Source: Marsupella aquatica
Taxonomy: Eukaryota > Plantae > Marchantiophyta
DNA length: 64,000 nt
Assembly (NCBI GenBank): GCA_973895155.1
Contig: OZ316891.1
Span: forward strand, 14,477,037 to 14,541,036
Direction of reading: 5' to 3'
Below the pieces are notes generated by a model. It searched no databases and had not been told where the DNA came from. It saw only the letters and a list, made by a program, of their open reading frames with translations. Shown piece by piece: positions 38,765 to 49,098 of this stretch (position 1 is its first letter; the number at the start of each line of letters is the position of its first letter). The translations under genes were made by a program, and so were the position numbers.

Positions 38765-39290
38765 AAGTATCGTTTTCCTGTTGCGCTTTTGTACAGCTTA
38801 GCTTTGCTAAAACAGGGTAATGCAATTTTAGAGCATCTCCTTAATAGGGTCAAATTGAGCCCGTAAACTACTCTAAAAAGAGCATGTAGGGGCTGGTTGG
38901 TTTTGGAGGGATGGCTTCCAGCTGTGATTCCTATCTCTAAGAAGAGCATGTAGGGGCTGGTTGGTTTTGGAGGAATGGCTTCAAGCTGTGATTCCTATCT
39001 CTAAAAAGAGCATATAGGGGCTGATTTTGGAGGGATGACCATCCTGAGCCCCCTTCGACTAAGTATTGTTTTCCTGCCATTTGTTTGTACAGCTTAGCTT
39101 TGCTACAACAAATTATGCAATTTTAGATCACCTCCAGGGTAGGGTCAAATTGAGATTGTAAACTCTAAAACGAGCATAAGGGGCTCATTGATTTTGGAGG
39201 AATGGCTTTGAGCTGTGACACCAATCTCTAAAAAGAGCATATAGGGGATGGTTTTAGAGGGATGGCTTCACAGTGGTGACCCCTATCCCT
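38765..39290. repeat. Higher-order tandem repeat (about 64-bp monomers inside about 296-bp units)
   Basis: CTCTAAAAAGAGCAT.TAGGGGCTG...TTTTGGAGG.ATGGCTT monomers; leader AAGTAT.GTTTTCCTG...TTTGTACAGCTTAGCTTTGCTA at 38765 and 39061. Confidence 0.85.
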
Positions 39291-40504
39291 ATCCCTACCC
39301 CCTGTCCTTAAAGGATGAGTGACCATATGTAAGGAGGAAGTGTTCAAGAGCTCCCCATTTTTCCACATTAAGCTCATTTTTCTGCTCTACGGTGCCAATT
39401 TTGGGGCAATGCTTTCCAGACAACAATATTGGACCTGCCCTAAATGGTGTTTGGACGGAGTTTGGGACTGAAAGTTATGCCCTCCTAACTACTTAGGTCT
39501 GGTGGTCTAGGAGTCCCTATGACCATTACTCAAGCACAGGCTGGTCAGCCTTGCGCCGTGCTACTAGTCTGCGCATGATGGTTTGTAGGTTTAGGTGCAG
39601 CCTATGCTATCCGGCTCAATTGAGCCGGTGATCGATGTCTCAGAGCGACACTAGTTCAAGCACGACCAAGAACAGAATTGTGTGGTCCAAGCTTGGCAAC
39701 CCCTGGGTTCCATGCATCCCCAACTTCAAGGGCAGATGGGCATGGTAGACCCCAACTAGTTTGAAGTCAACCCCATAGCCTAGAGACGAGCCCCATTGTA
39801 ACCCTGTAAGGCATGTCCTCAATGGACTTTATGATCTCATGTTATGGCCTTTTCATCCCAACAACAGAGCAAACAACCAACCAAAGTTTCCTACATATGA
39901 ATGGGATCCATAGAATTAAATAACAACTGGGAGTGCAAGTTTAACACTGGCAATGCCAAGAGCCAAGCTCCATGGTTGCGGGACGAGCGGGCATGGTAGA
40001 GCCGTGATGAGATGGCATTGTAGATAGATTGACAGATGAACCTATCCGGGAACCTATCAGGAGGGAACCCAGCTTCAATGCCCGTCCACCCCTCAACACA
40101 GCAACATAGAAAACAACCACCTGGTTGGGATTTTGTGGAGCAGAAAAGTGGGAAGGTGGGTTTGACACCCCCCCTTCCCAATTGTAGGAGCCAGGTTCCA
40201 TGGCTGACCTGTGTAGAGTTCCCCCTAATAGGTTGATCTGTCTATACTTTGTTGTCACAATCTTCTATGCCCATAAACCCCTCCTGTAGTTTGTGCTTTG
40301 TCTTTCCATAGAGGGATACGAGACTTAACCCCCTGCCAACCTGGCGCCCAAGTGCTATGAGATTTCAGCACCAATGAAAATAGTTGGTCTGGAGTATTCT
40401 CCAATTTCAGGCACAATTGTGAAGTCAAAACAAAAGCAAAAGTACACTCATGGGCTACACTTAACATCCATGGCTACTGTGGAGCCTTGGCCGGAACCCC
40501 CTCA

Positions 40505-42797
40505 AGGATTCATGTTGTCCGGAAAGTAGCCGATAAGACGTAAAACAGGCCTTACCATTGGATGACATCAGCGCATGCGTCAGCCACATAAGACGTCAAT
40601 TGCTAATCCCGCATTAGGGTGCAAAAGACGTTTTGGGCTGAATTAAACCTGTTTTGCAAAGAGCGAGCTCCAGGCAAGTTCGGGGAGGTCTTACCAAGGG
40701 CAGAACCAAGGGCAAGTCGATGGTTATGGGAGGATTTGAAAGTCAATGCATTTGGGAAGCGTTGCGCAGGGCGCTGCGGAGGTCGATGAGAAGGGCCGCG
40801 GTCGATTTTGTAGGGGCTTGGGTGGGCTGATTCAGGAAGGCAAAGCTTAGCGAAGGCTGGGGAGGGGCTTTGGAGCATGGCGGGGTAGGCGATGGGGGGA
40901 GCGCAAGGCTTGCCAAGTGCAAACGGTGATGTCTGTGATTTTTGCACACTATCGCCCATAATTTTTGCACGCTGTCGTCCATAATTTTTGCAGATTGTAG
41001 CCATTGTAGAAATTGAAGATATTTTACCAAAATTACCAATTGGCGAAGGGTGTCTCAATAAGAAATTGAAAGCTCATTCTCAAGTTCAGATTTGAATTTT
41101 CGTGGGCCATACGTACAGGAATTTCATGCCTGATTAAGACCAGTCATGGCTGAATTTGAGGACAGCGATAGTAGTGACGATGAAGGAGTCGGCTTACAAT
41201 TTGCTATCCTCAAGCTGTTGGAACAAAACAATCAAGCTTGCCAGGCTGTAACACTTGCACATGATCTTCTTTTTTTAGTAATGAGAGAGAGTTTGCATCT
41301 GCCAAATTTTCTGTGAATACACTCAGGCCAAAGATAGACAGATTGGGTCATCTAATGGAAGCTCATTCCTCCATTTTCAGAACCGTCACAGGATTTACCA
41401 TGTCAGAGTTTGATAGACTTTGTAATAGAGTGTGCCCTGTTATGACTCTGGTTGCAAGGCACACTGGAGAGAGAAAACTAAAGCAAGGTCATCCATCAAA
41501 GCTTTACCCAAAGGAACTACTCCTCTCATTTATGTTTTATGTGAAGCATAACACAGGGTGTAGGTATGAAGCTTCACATTGGAATTATTCAAGATCAAGC
41601 TTAAATGATGATGCTCCATTCATTGCAAGTGCTATCAATGTAGCACTTGCAAATGAAATTAAGTGGGCTGATGCTCAGTGTAGAGAAGCATTGTCCAGAC
41701 ATCGGTCAGACTGGCCAGGTTGCATAGGCCACATAGATGGCACTCTCTGCAGAATCAAGAGGCCTCGAATTCGAAATCATACTAAGTACTACAATGGCAG
41801 AAAAGTCATGTATTGTTTTAACAATGTCATGATCATAGACCATGATGGGCTTTTTATTTATGTACATGCAGGGTTTCCTAGGTCGTTGCACGATGCCAAT
41901 TGTGCTCGAAAATCTTATATCACTCCCAATTGGGGTCAGTATTTTAAAAATACTCCTCCCTACACAAGACCTGAAGAATATCTGCTAGGAGACCCTGGTT
42001 ATTTGGGTCTGGAAATGTAGATCATGCGAAGGTTTGATTATAGCTAGAGAGATGGAGATCTGGATCCAGTTCAAAGGGCATTCAACAGGAGACATGCAGC
42101 TCAACGAGTTAAGGTGGAGTGGGGCATTGGAGGATTGAAGAATCGTTGGAGAAGATTTCTGGACGTTTGCCCAAGCCGGAGGGATATTTTCTCACCAGTG
42201 TTTGAAGCATGTTGCCGACTGACTAACTTTGTGCACCGATCTCGCATGGATTTCTCCATAGTTGAAGTGGGCCCAGACCAACAACATGATGATAATGTAG
42301 GATTCACCAATCAATGGGGCCAGATGGAGGAGATAGCTAGCTTTCAACGTCGCTAGTGTTTGAGAATCAAGGGGCACCTTCTTCTTTCGATCCCCACCTC
42401 CAGGTTGACCGCCATTGTCTTTCTTTGCCATGCTGGGAGCTTGACTGTTCACGTAGCTTTCTCCAGCAGAGCTTTCGTCAAAACTGCAGCAAATTGATAT
42501 TGGGGCAGGATACAGAGTGGCCCCAAGCTCAGGCGCCTCTTCAAAAATCATCGAGCACTCTCTGTTCTCTCCCGCTCACCGTTCCCGCTCGCTCTGGTGC
42601 AGCGCAGCCCTTGTCATTAAAACACTACACTCTTTACAAGTCTAGGCTTGAAAGGCTAAGATTAGGCCGTTTTGCTGCCTTCCATAACTCCTATTTTTAA
42701 GTTGTGAGAACACTTTACGGATAGTTCCTGAACACTCTTTTTAGGTTGTGTGCTGCACGTTCGGCCGAAACTTTCTGGACAACGTTATTACATCCCT
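40505..42797 (+). mobile_element. Defective PIF/Harbinger DNA transposon (about 2.3 kb)
   Basis: Contains a DDE_Tnp_4-type transposase relic; imperfect inverted ends GTTGTCCGGAAAGT (40514-40527) and ACTTTCTGGACAAC (42770-42783); right end ...ATCCC followed by TTA. Exact boundaries approximate. Confidence 0.75.
41146..42356 (+). pseudogene. PIF/Harbinger (HARBI1-like) transposase pseudogene
   Basis: FRTVTGFTMSEFDRLC, WPGCIGHIDGT, YYNGRK, GFPRSLHD, YLLGDPGY, FNRRHAAQRVKVEWGIGGLKNRWR, ACCRLTNF. A frameshift separates the ATG at 41146 from the main frame; in-frame TAG stops at 42018-42020 and near 42045. Confidence 0.9.
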
Positions 42798-42831
42798 TAG
42801 CCTCCTGGGGATCATGGGTTACCTTACAGAC

Positions 42832-43515
42832 CCACCCTTCATCCCAGCACCAGAGAAAACAACAACCTCAGGTTGAGTGGGGTTCAGTTGAACAAAAACT
42901 GGGAGTGGGGACTGGTCACTCCCACTCCTAGTGCCAGGAGCCGGGTTCCATGGCTGAAGGGCATGCATGGTAGCTCATGACAAGAGCGGGTTGTAGATGG
43001 ATGGACACTCAACCTATCACCGCAGGTTGAATGGGGTTCCATGGCCAAAGGAGCCGGGTTCCATTACTGAAGGACATGGTAGCTCGGGATGAGAGTGGAA
43101 CAAAAACTGGGAGTAGGGGGTCATCACTCCCACTCCCAGTGCCAGGAGTTGGGTTCCATGGCCAAAGGGCATGGTAGCTCGTGACAAGAGTGGACCAAAA
43201 ATTGGGAGGGGGGTTGTCACTCCCACTCCAAGTGCCAGGAGCAGGTTCCATCGCTGAAGGGCATGGTAGGCTTCGTGATGAGAGTGACAAGAGTGGAACA
43301 GAAACTGGAAGTGGGGGGTTGTCACTCCCACTCCCAGGCTCCATGGCTGAAGGACATGGTAGCTTCTTGCCAAGAGTGGAACAAAACCTGGGAGGTGGGG
43401 GGTCGTCACTCCCACTCCAAGTGCCAGGAGTCGTGGTTCCATGGCTGAAGGGCATGGTAGGCTGGTGACGAGAGCGTTGTAGATGGATGGACAGATGAAC
43501 CCACCTATCAGAGGA
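42832..43515. repeat. Tandem array (83-103-bp units) with internal inverted repeat, upstream of ALB3
   Basis: GAGTGGAACAAAAACTGGGAGT.GGGG..GTCACTCCCACTCC.AGTGCCAGGAG...GTTCCATGGCTGAAGGGCATGGTAG units at about 42890, 43093, 43188, 43291, 43374; related sequence at about 39990-40207. Confidence 0.88.
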
Positions 43516-43816
43516 ACTCCTCAGCTCCGATTCGCTTCCGCCCTTGATCCATGGTATGTAGCAGCAGCAACAGCAGGAGCAGCAGAGAAAACATCCACCT
43601 CGGGAGGTGGACGAGGAAGATCTTAGCTACACGAAAAGAAAACGGCGGAATGTGATTGCTGGGCTGAGGTTCAGCTTACACTACCACAGTCGGAGCACGA
43701 GAATCAGCCGAGCGACGAGGCTTTGCATTCGGCCAAGAAGAGGGGAGCAGAGCAGAGCAGAGCAGGGTTTCGACTCTGTTACCATTTCGTTGCAGCTACT
43801 GATTTCGTTGGTGGAA

Positions 43817-45394
43817 ATGGCCGCGGTTTCAGCTACCATCGCTGGTGCTGCTTTCGGATCCGTTGTTGCTCGGCAGACGGCTTCAACCCAGGCCCATGGA
43901 GGAGCCGCTGCCATGGTGGATACTGTCCGAGGATTGTCGACACAATTTCCGCTGGCTCGTTCGGGGTCGTCGAGACCCCTCTTCTCGAATCACTCCCGAC
44001 ACTTTCAGAATCGTCCATCGCCTTCTTTGCTGGAGCACCATGGAAAGAGTCGCGTGAGGAGGATATCTGTGTCCGCGCATTTGGGTGAGATTCCAGGAGG
44101 GGCGGATTTGATCCATGCCCATGTGGAGCTTGCACACAACTTGCTGTCGAACTTGCAGGGCACGGTTATCACTCTTGCGGATGCAGCAGCGAGCGCTGAT
44201 GCTGCCATTGAAGCAACGGGGGTTAAGCAGGGTAGCGATGGGTGGCTGGGGGGCCTCACGGACACTCTGGAGAAGATACTCATCTTTCTTAAAGATGGTT
44301 TGGCTACTTTGAAAGTCCCTTATGCTTATGGTTGCGCAATTATTCTCCTCACTCTACTGGTGAAGGCTGCTACATATCCCCTCACGAAGGCTCAGGTCGA
44401 ATCCACCATTTCAATGCAGAATTTGCAGCCCAAGATAAAAGCTATTCAGGCTCGCTACCAAGGTGATCAGGAGCGTATCCAACTCGAGACAGCACGACTT
44501 TACAAACAGGCCGGTGTAAACCCTCTTGCAGGATGCCTCCCCACGTTAGCAACCCTTCCTATTTGGATTGGCCTGTACCGAGCTCTGTCTAATGTGGCGA
44601 ACGAGGGGCTTCTTACCGAGGGATTTTTCTGGATTCCCTCATTGGCAGGACCGACGACAATATCTGCTCGAAATGGTGGAAGTGGAATTGCTTGGCTTTT
44701 CCCGTTCGTAGATGGAGCACCCCCTTTAGGATGGTCCGACACAATCGCGTATTTGATTTTACCACTTCTTCTCATAGGGTCGCAGTTCGTTTCCATGCAA
44801 ATTATGCAACCACCTCAGAGTAATGATCCGGCTCAGAAGAACACCCAAGTCATCCTGAAGTTTCTGCCTCTCATGATCGGCTATTTCTCACTTTCCGTAC
44901 CCTCAGGTCTGAGTCTCTACTGGTTGACAAACAATATTCTGAGCACCGCCCAGCAGGTTTATTTGCGGAAAGGAACTGCTGTTGCAGCTGGTGATGCCTC
45001 TACCATCATCAGTGCTGGTCAGGCGAAACGTTCTTCGTCTACGCCTCCCGCCGGGGGTCAACTCCCTTCTAGTAGTCCTAAAGAGATTCGGAGCTTCAAA
45101 GAGGATCGTCGCGGAGACAGATTCAAGGAGCTTAAGAAGAAGGAAGCAGAAAGGAAAGCAAAGGCAGCTGCAGCGAAGGCACAACAGCAGGTGGGAGGAG
45201 ATGCTCCGTTAGATAATAATAATAATACAGAGAGCGGTTCGGCAGGACTAGATGAGGAGGAGGAAGAAGGCATCATCGACATAAGCAATGAGAACGAGGA
45301 GAAATTGGAAGTTTATACTTCTGGCTCCGGCGGTCCAGTAGTTAGTTCTGTTCCAAAGAGGGGCAAGAGGTCAAAGAGGACTCGTGCAGACTGA
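43817..45394 (+). CDS. ALB3: Thylakoid membrane insertase ALB3 (YidC/Oxa1/Alb3 family; 525 aa, single exon)
   Basis: ATG 43817 (MAAVSATIAG..., transit-peptide-like). YidC core VPYAYGCAIILLTLLVKAATYPLT, LQPKIKAIQARY, GVNPLAGCLP, FFWIPSLAGP, KFLPLMIGYFSLSVPSGLSLYWLTNN; C-terminal GQAKRS and RSKR motifs typical of cpSRP43-binding ALB3 rather than ALB4. Confidence 0.96.
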   Translation: MAAVSATIAGAAFGSVVARQTASTQAHGGAAAMVDTVRGLSTQFPLARSGSSRPLFSNHSRHFQNRPSPSLLEHHGKSRVRRISVSAHLGEIPGGADLIHAHVELAHNLLSNLQGTVITLADAAASADAAIEATGVKQGSDGWLGGLTDTLEKILIFLKDGLATLKVPYAYGCAIILLTLLVKAATYPLTKAQVESTISMQNLQPKIKAIQARYQGDQERIQLETARLYKQAGVNPLAGCLPTLATLPIWIGLYRALSNVANEGLLTEGFFWIPSLAGPTTISARNGGSGIAWLFPFVDGAPPLGWSDTIAYLILPLLLIGSQFVSMQIMQPPQSNDPAQKNTQVILKFLPLMIGYFSLSVPSGLSLYWLTNNILSTAQQVYLRKGTAVAAGDASTIISAGQAKRSSSTPPAGGQLPSSSPKEIRSFKEDRRGDRFKELKKKEAERKAKAAAAKAQQQVGGDAPLDNNNNTESGSAGLDEEEEEGIIDISNENEEKLEVYTSGSGGPVVSSVPKRGKRSKRTRAD

Positions 45395-48009
45395 TTGAGA
45401 TAAGTTAATTTTGATTCTTGAAAAATTGTGCTACCAGAGTATCATAAATGCTTCTCAAGACGCACGCTTCTCTTGTATCATAAAATTTAGTTTTGAATCG
45501 GTTTGTTATGCATACTGGACGTGGTGCCCACCGCAATGGAATGCAAACTTTGTGCACCGAAGAGTATATGATTTGTTGGGGCGAGAGGGGTGAAGGGGGT
45601 TGGAGGTCACGCGAGTGTTGTTTCTCAGGCACAAGAGTCTGGCTGCGTACCCTAAGATTCTTGGCCTTGTGCAAGAACCGATGCTGCATCATTGCTTGCA
45701 GCTATGTCGGTGTATTTTTGTCATGGCATCGAATGGTGCAATTAAATCTCCTTCAGCCAGTCCAAGCTCCTCGTCTTTGACGACTGTTCAGCTTTAGCTC
45801 TTGTAGTTCATGGTAATCTCTAGGCACAGAGGAGGCTATGGAAGCTATTATGCAATTATTCCATATTTCCCTCGGCATAATTTAGTAGTAGGGTTTAGAC
45901 TGAATTACCAATTGGGTATGTCCATGAGAAGACTCCAGGGAAAGACATTTTTTTCCTAGTGGAATAGAGACGTCAAGGGCCCATCTGAAATGGGTATTGA
46001 ATAGTCTATTTATTGGAATCTGAACTCGGAACTTGTCTTTGTCCATCTCTTTTACTTTGTTTGCCCAATTCGTGCGACGTGCAAGAAGTAGAGTTCATAC
46101 CAAGATTTATTTCAATTCTACCAAGCATACGGTTCTGATTGCAAGCTGTCCGAGGTGGAATGAGTGTCCCTTAGTTGTTGTAAACTCGAATCTGAGTGGT
46201 TTTTCAAGGAACGTGTTTCGTCTTCTGCACCAGAAAAGATTCCGGTACTCTGATCACAGTAGAAATTGATGTAGGAAAACCCTGGAGCGCAGTTGTTCAG
46301 TATGTATAAACAAGCGAGCATATGCAGGTCACCGAGTGTCGAGTGTCGAGTCTCTCGATCGATCTTGGCCGTAAAACACCAGGTTCAGGTCAGTGTAGAA
46401 TTGGAGTAGGGCAATGTTCATGCAAAGCGATGGCGAAGATTTTAGTGTAGAGAAAAGTGACAAATTGTTACAAGCCACGAAGGTCAAGGTCGTTAAGCAG
46501 AGTTCTTCTCGTAATGAAGGTAGTGGCTCAAATCTGTGAAGTCGAGTAGTTTCGGGACTGACGCAGACCGTTCAACGTCACTAGAAGTTCTCTCACTTGG
46601 CCACACTCCGGCAAGTGTCCTGAGGAGCTCAGACCATAGATACGCTTGCTTAATCTACAAGTAAACATTCTACCGAAAAGATGACCTCACCTTCACTGTG
46701 GTTAGCGCCTATGGTAGTCCATGGATAGAGTATTGGAAGATCTCTGCTGGGAATATCCTACTTTGGCCGCTACCCCTTTATATGCAAGCCCCGCGTGGGC
46801 CGGGAGAGTAACTTTACCTCCTCTACTTAGGATTGCATTGGCTGCCCCGGATACAAAATGGGAATTGGGCTTCAAATGTGCCATCCGCTTCCAAAATTGC
46901 CTGCAAAGCAAACGAAGTTGCAGACGAAGTTGGGCCCGAGTTGAGTCCTCCTCAAAATTGCTTCTCAAGGTTATTGTAATGGACATTGGAGCTTGAAATC
47001 TGGCACCTCCAATATTGTCTTCACGGCACTGAAAGTTCCGGGACGAAGGAGAGCCTGAGTCGAGTTTCGCTGGGGCTGGACGCATGTCGATAGCAAAATC
47101 TTCATCCGTTGCAAAAATGGAATCCCCACCACCCACTGCACCGCACCGCACCCCATCCCAGCCAGACGTGGATTTTTTAAAACCCACATTTAGAGAGAAC
47201 CGAGCGACCCACGTGCATATCAGCCAACCATCCACAAAGATCACAAAAGTGAGAAAGACGCATTCCTCGTACCAGCAATCTCTTACTGATGTCGACACAG
47301 GAGCTCTAGGGCCATGGTTACACTGGAAGACCTCCCTTGTACGTGGCAGGGATCATGGATCTACAGTCGAAGATGGAAGCCACCGATTTCTTAGTTAATT
47401 AAGATCTGGTAGGCATCTACAGGAGCTGCTGTGGCTACAGCCCATTAGCCGTGGTGACCTCATGGAACCACCCCCTTGGGAGGGGGGTGGCATCTCTTGC
47501 CAACCAAGACTCTCTCAATCATGACTCTTATTATACTCAGTTCTCCCTGAACACTTACACTTAAGACTAAGACTCTGTTTTGAAGCAAGCATGACTCTGT
47601 TGGAAAGAAGTGTTGTCAGAACATAAACCACAACTCCACGGGGAAGAAATTGATGGCATAATTTGGGCTGGAGCGGGCAACAAAACATGTAGGGTGCCAG
47701 AACATAAACCCAAAGTTGATTGGGACGGAGCTAGTGATCACATGGTAGAGCCTTGGTCCATGTTTTGGCAAACTTGGGCCGGAGAAGACAGCAGCATTGG
47801 GGACTGGGACGGGCAGTGTACGGGGCCTCAACAAAATGGGGGAGCATTAGCTCAACGTAGGTTTAACGTGCAGTTGTAATGCCCAACAATGGCTGATGGC
47901 TAGAAACAAGTCATGTCAAAAGATTTGGCAAGTTAGATGAATGGCCATCTAGCTGAATAGATAGTCAAGTATGTGTACATTGATAAAAAAAATTAAGGAG
48001 GCCCCAATA

Positions 48010-48177
48010 GAGCATGTCAAAGCATTGTCATAATCAAGGTCTTATGGCTGTGATTAATTTGAACGTGTGATCCTTACTAAACACATTTTCAATTAGTCTG
48101 TAAGGTTTTTGTCCTGACCATAAAACTATTTTATGTCTTTGGCCGTACCTCACTTATGGCCCTGTGTTGACACGCCC
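48010..48177. mobile_element. MITE family A short copy
   Basis: GAGCATGTCAAAGCA ... CTCACTTATGGCCCTGTGTTGACACGCCC followed by TAA; internal CTTATGGCTGTGATTAATTTG and CCATAAAACTATTTTATG shared with the other copies. Confidence 0.7.
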
Positions 48178-48806
48178 TAATAGCCATGAAGGTCTTTGTC
48201 AGGTTATCTCCTGAATATGAGAATCAGAAAGGCATTTTGCAAAAGACCTAGAATGAATGGGCTGTGACTCATTGCTGCCGTTCCCTGGATTTCCTTGGCA
48301 AAGAGATCATCTGGGAACTCAACTGTACACTTGTGGTGATTTGCAACTGCTTGGGGAACCAAGAGTGGAGGTGGCAACCAGCATGTGCGTTAGGGCAGGA
48401 ATGGTGGCAACTACCCTTGGGACTAGGAACAGCTTGATGGAAATGGGGGTGAGAGCTGAGTCCAACTTTGGCTACGTTGGTGCATTTGATTTGCAAAAGT
48501 TCTTTGTATAAGCAACCAGGTCAGATTTTGGTCAGATTGCCATTAATAAGGTGCATGTGGAAGCTATTGTGCCACACTTAGTGACTCTTAGGCAGACAAT
48601 CTACACGTAAACATAACGACTTAGAACATCCCCACTAGTATAGCCACCCCGGTTTACATGAGTTGCAAGTTCAGAATTCCATAAAAAAAACCTTTGATGG
48701 TCAGTCTACCATCCCCTACAGACCCATGTGAAACCTCGTCCCTATTCCCTTACTGCGTCCACAAAAGTTGGAAAGGATGTGCACTACATAATAACTGTAA
48801 TGTTGT

Positions 48807-49098
48807 CTCGGGGGTTTCACTTTCACAAAAATGGCATATCACGTGCGACGAAGTATAGGATCATTTTATTGGTTTGAATGGAAGACTTAAGAATTTTCTG
48901 AGAAGAACAATAGGGTCTTTTAAATCCAATTTTGAGACTTCTAAGAATATTAGGGTCCTTATAACCAAATTTTTGGAATATTCCAAGAATATTCTAACTT
49001 TATAGGGGTTGAAAAAAATAAATTTTGTTACACTTTAGGGGGTTCAAGGCCTAAAAACGTGGCAGGTGATGAGACATCCATATAGTGAGACCCCCGAG
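48807..49098. mobile_element. Intact 292-bp MITE with 15-bp TIRs and 8-bp TSD
   Basis: TIRs CTCGGGGGTTTCACT (48807-48821) and AGTGAGACCCCCGAG (49084-49098; one mismatch); perfect TSD AATGTTGT at 48799-48806 and 49099-49106; AT-rich non-coding interior. Confidence 0.85.

Noticed and set aside
39611-39628. Perfect 18-bp palindrome CCGGCTCAATTGAGCCGG, partly resembling miR171
   Set aside because: Only TTGAGCCG matches and there is no precursor-length hairpin.
43009-43468. Repetitive ORFs on both strands
   Set aside because: Artefacts of the tandem array.
43607-43816. 70-aa N-terminal extension of ALB3 in the ORF track
   Set aside because: Starts at GTG and crosses a (GCAGA)n tract; the first ATG at 43817 gives a proper transit-peptide-like start.
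46702-47398. 198-aa minus ORF and overlapping plus ORFs
   Set aside because: No ATG at the annotated start of the long ORF, no domain, and promoter-like composition.
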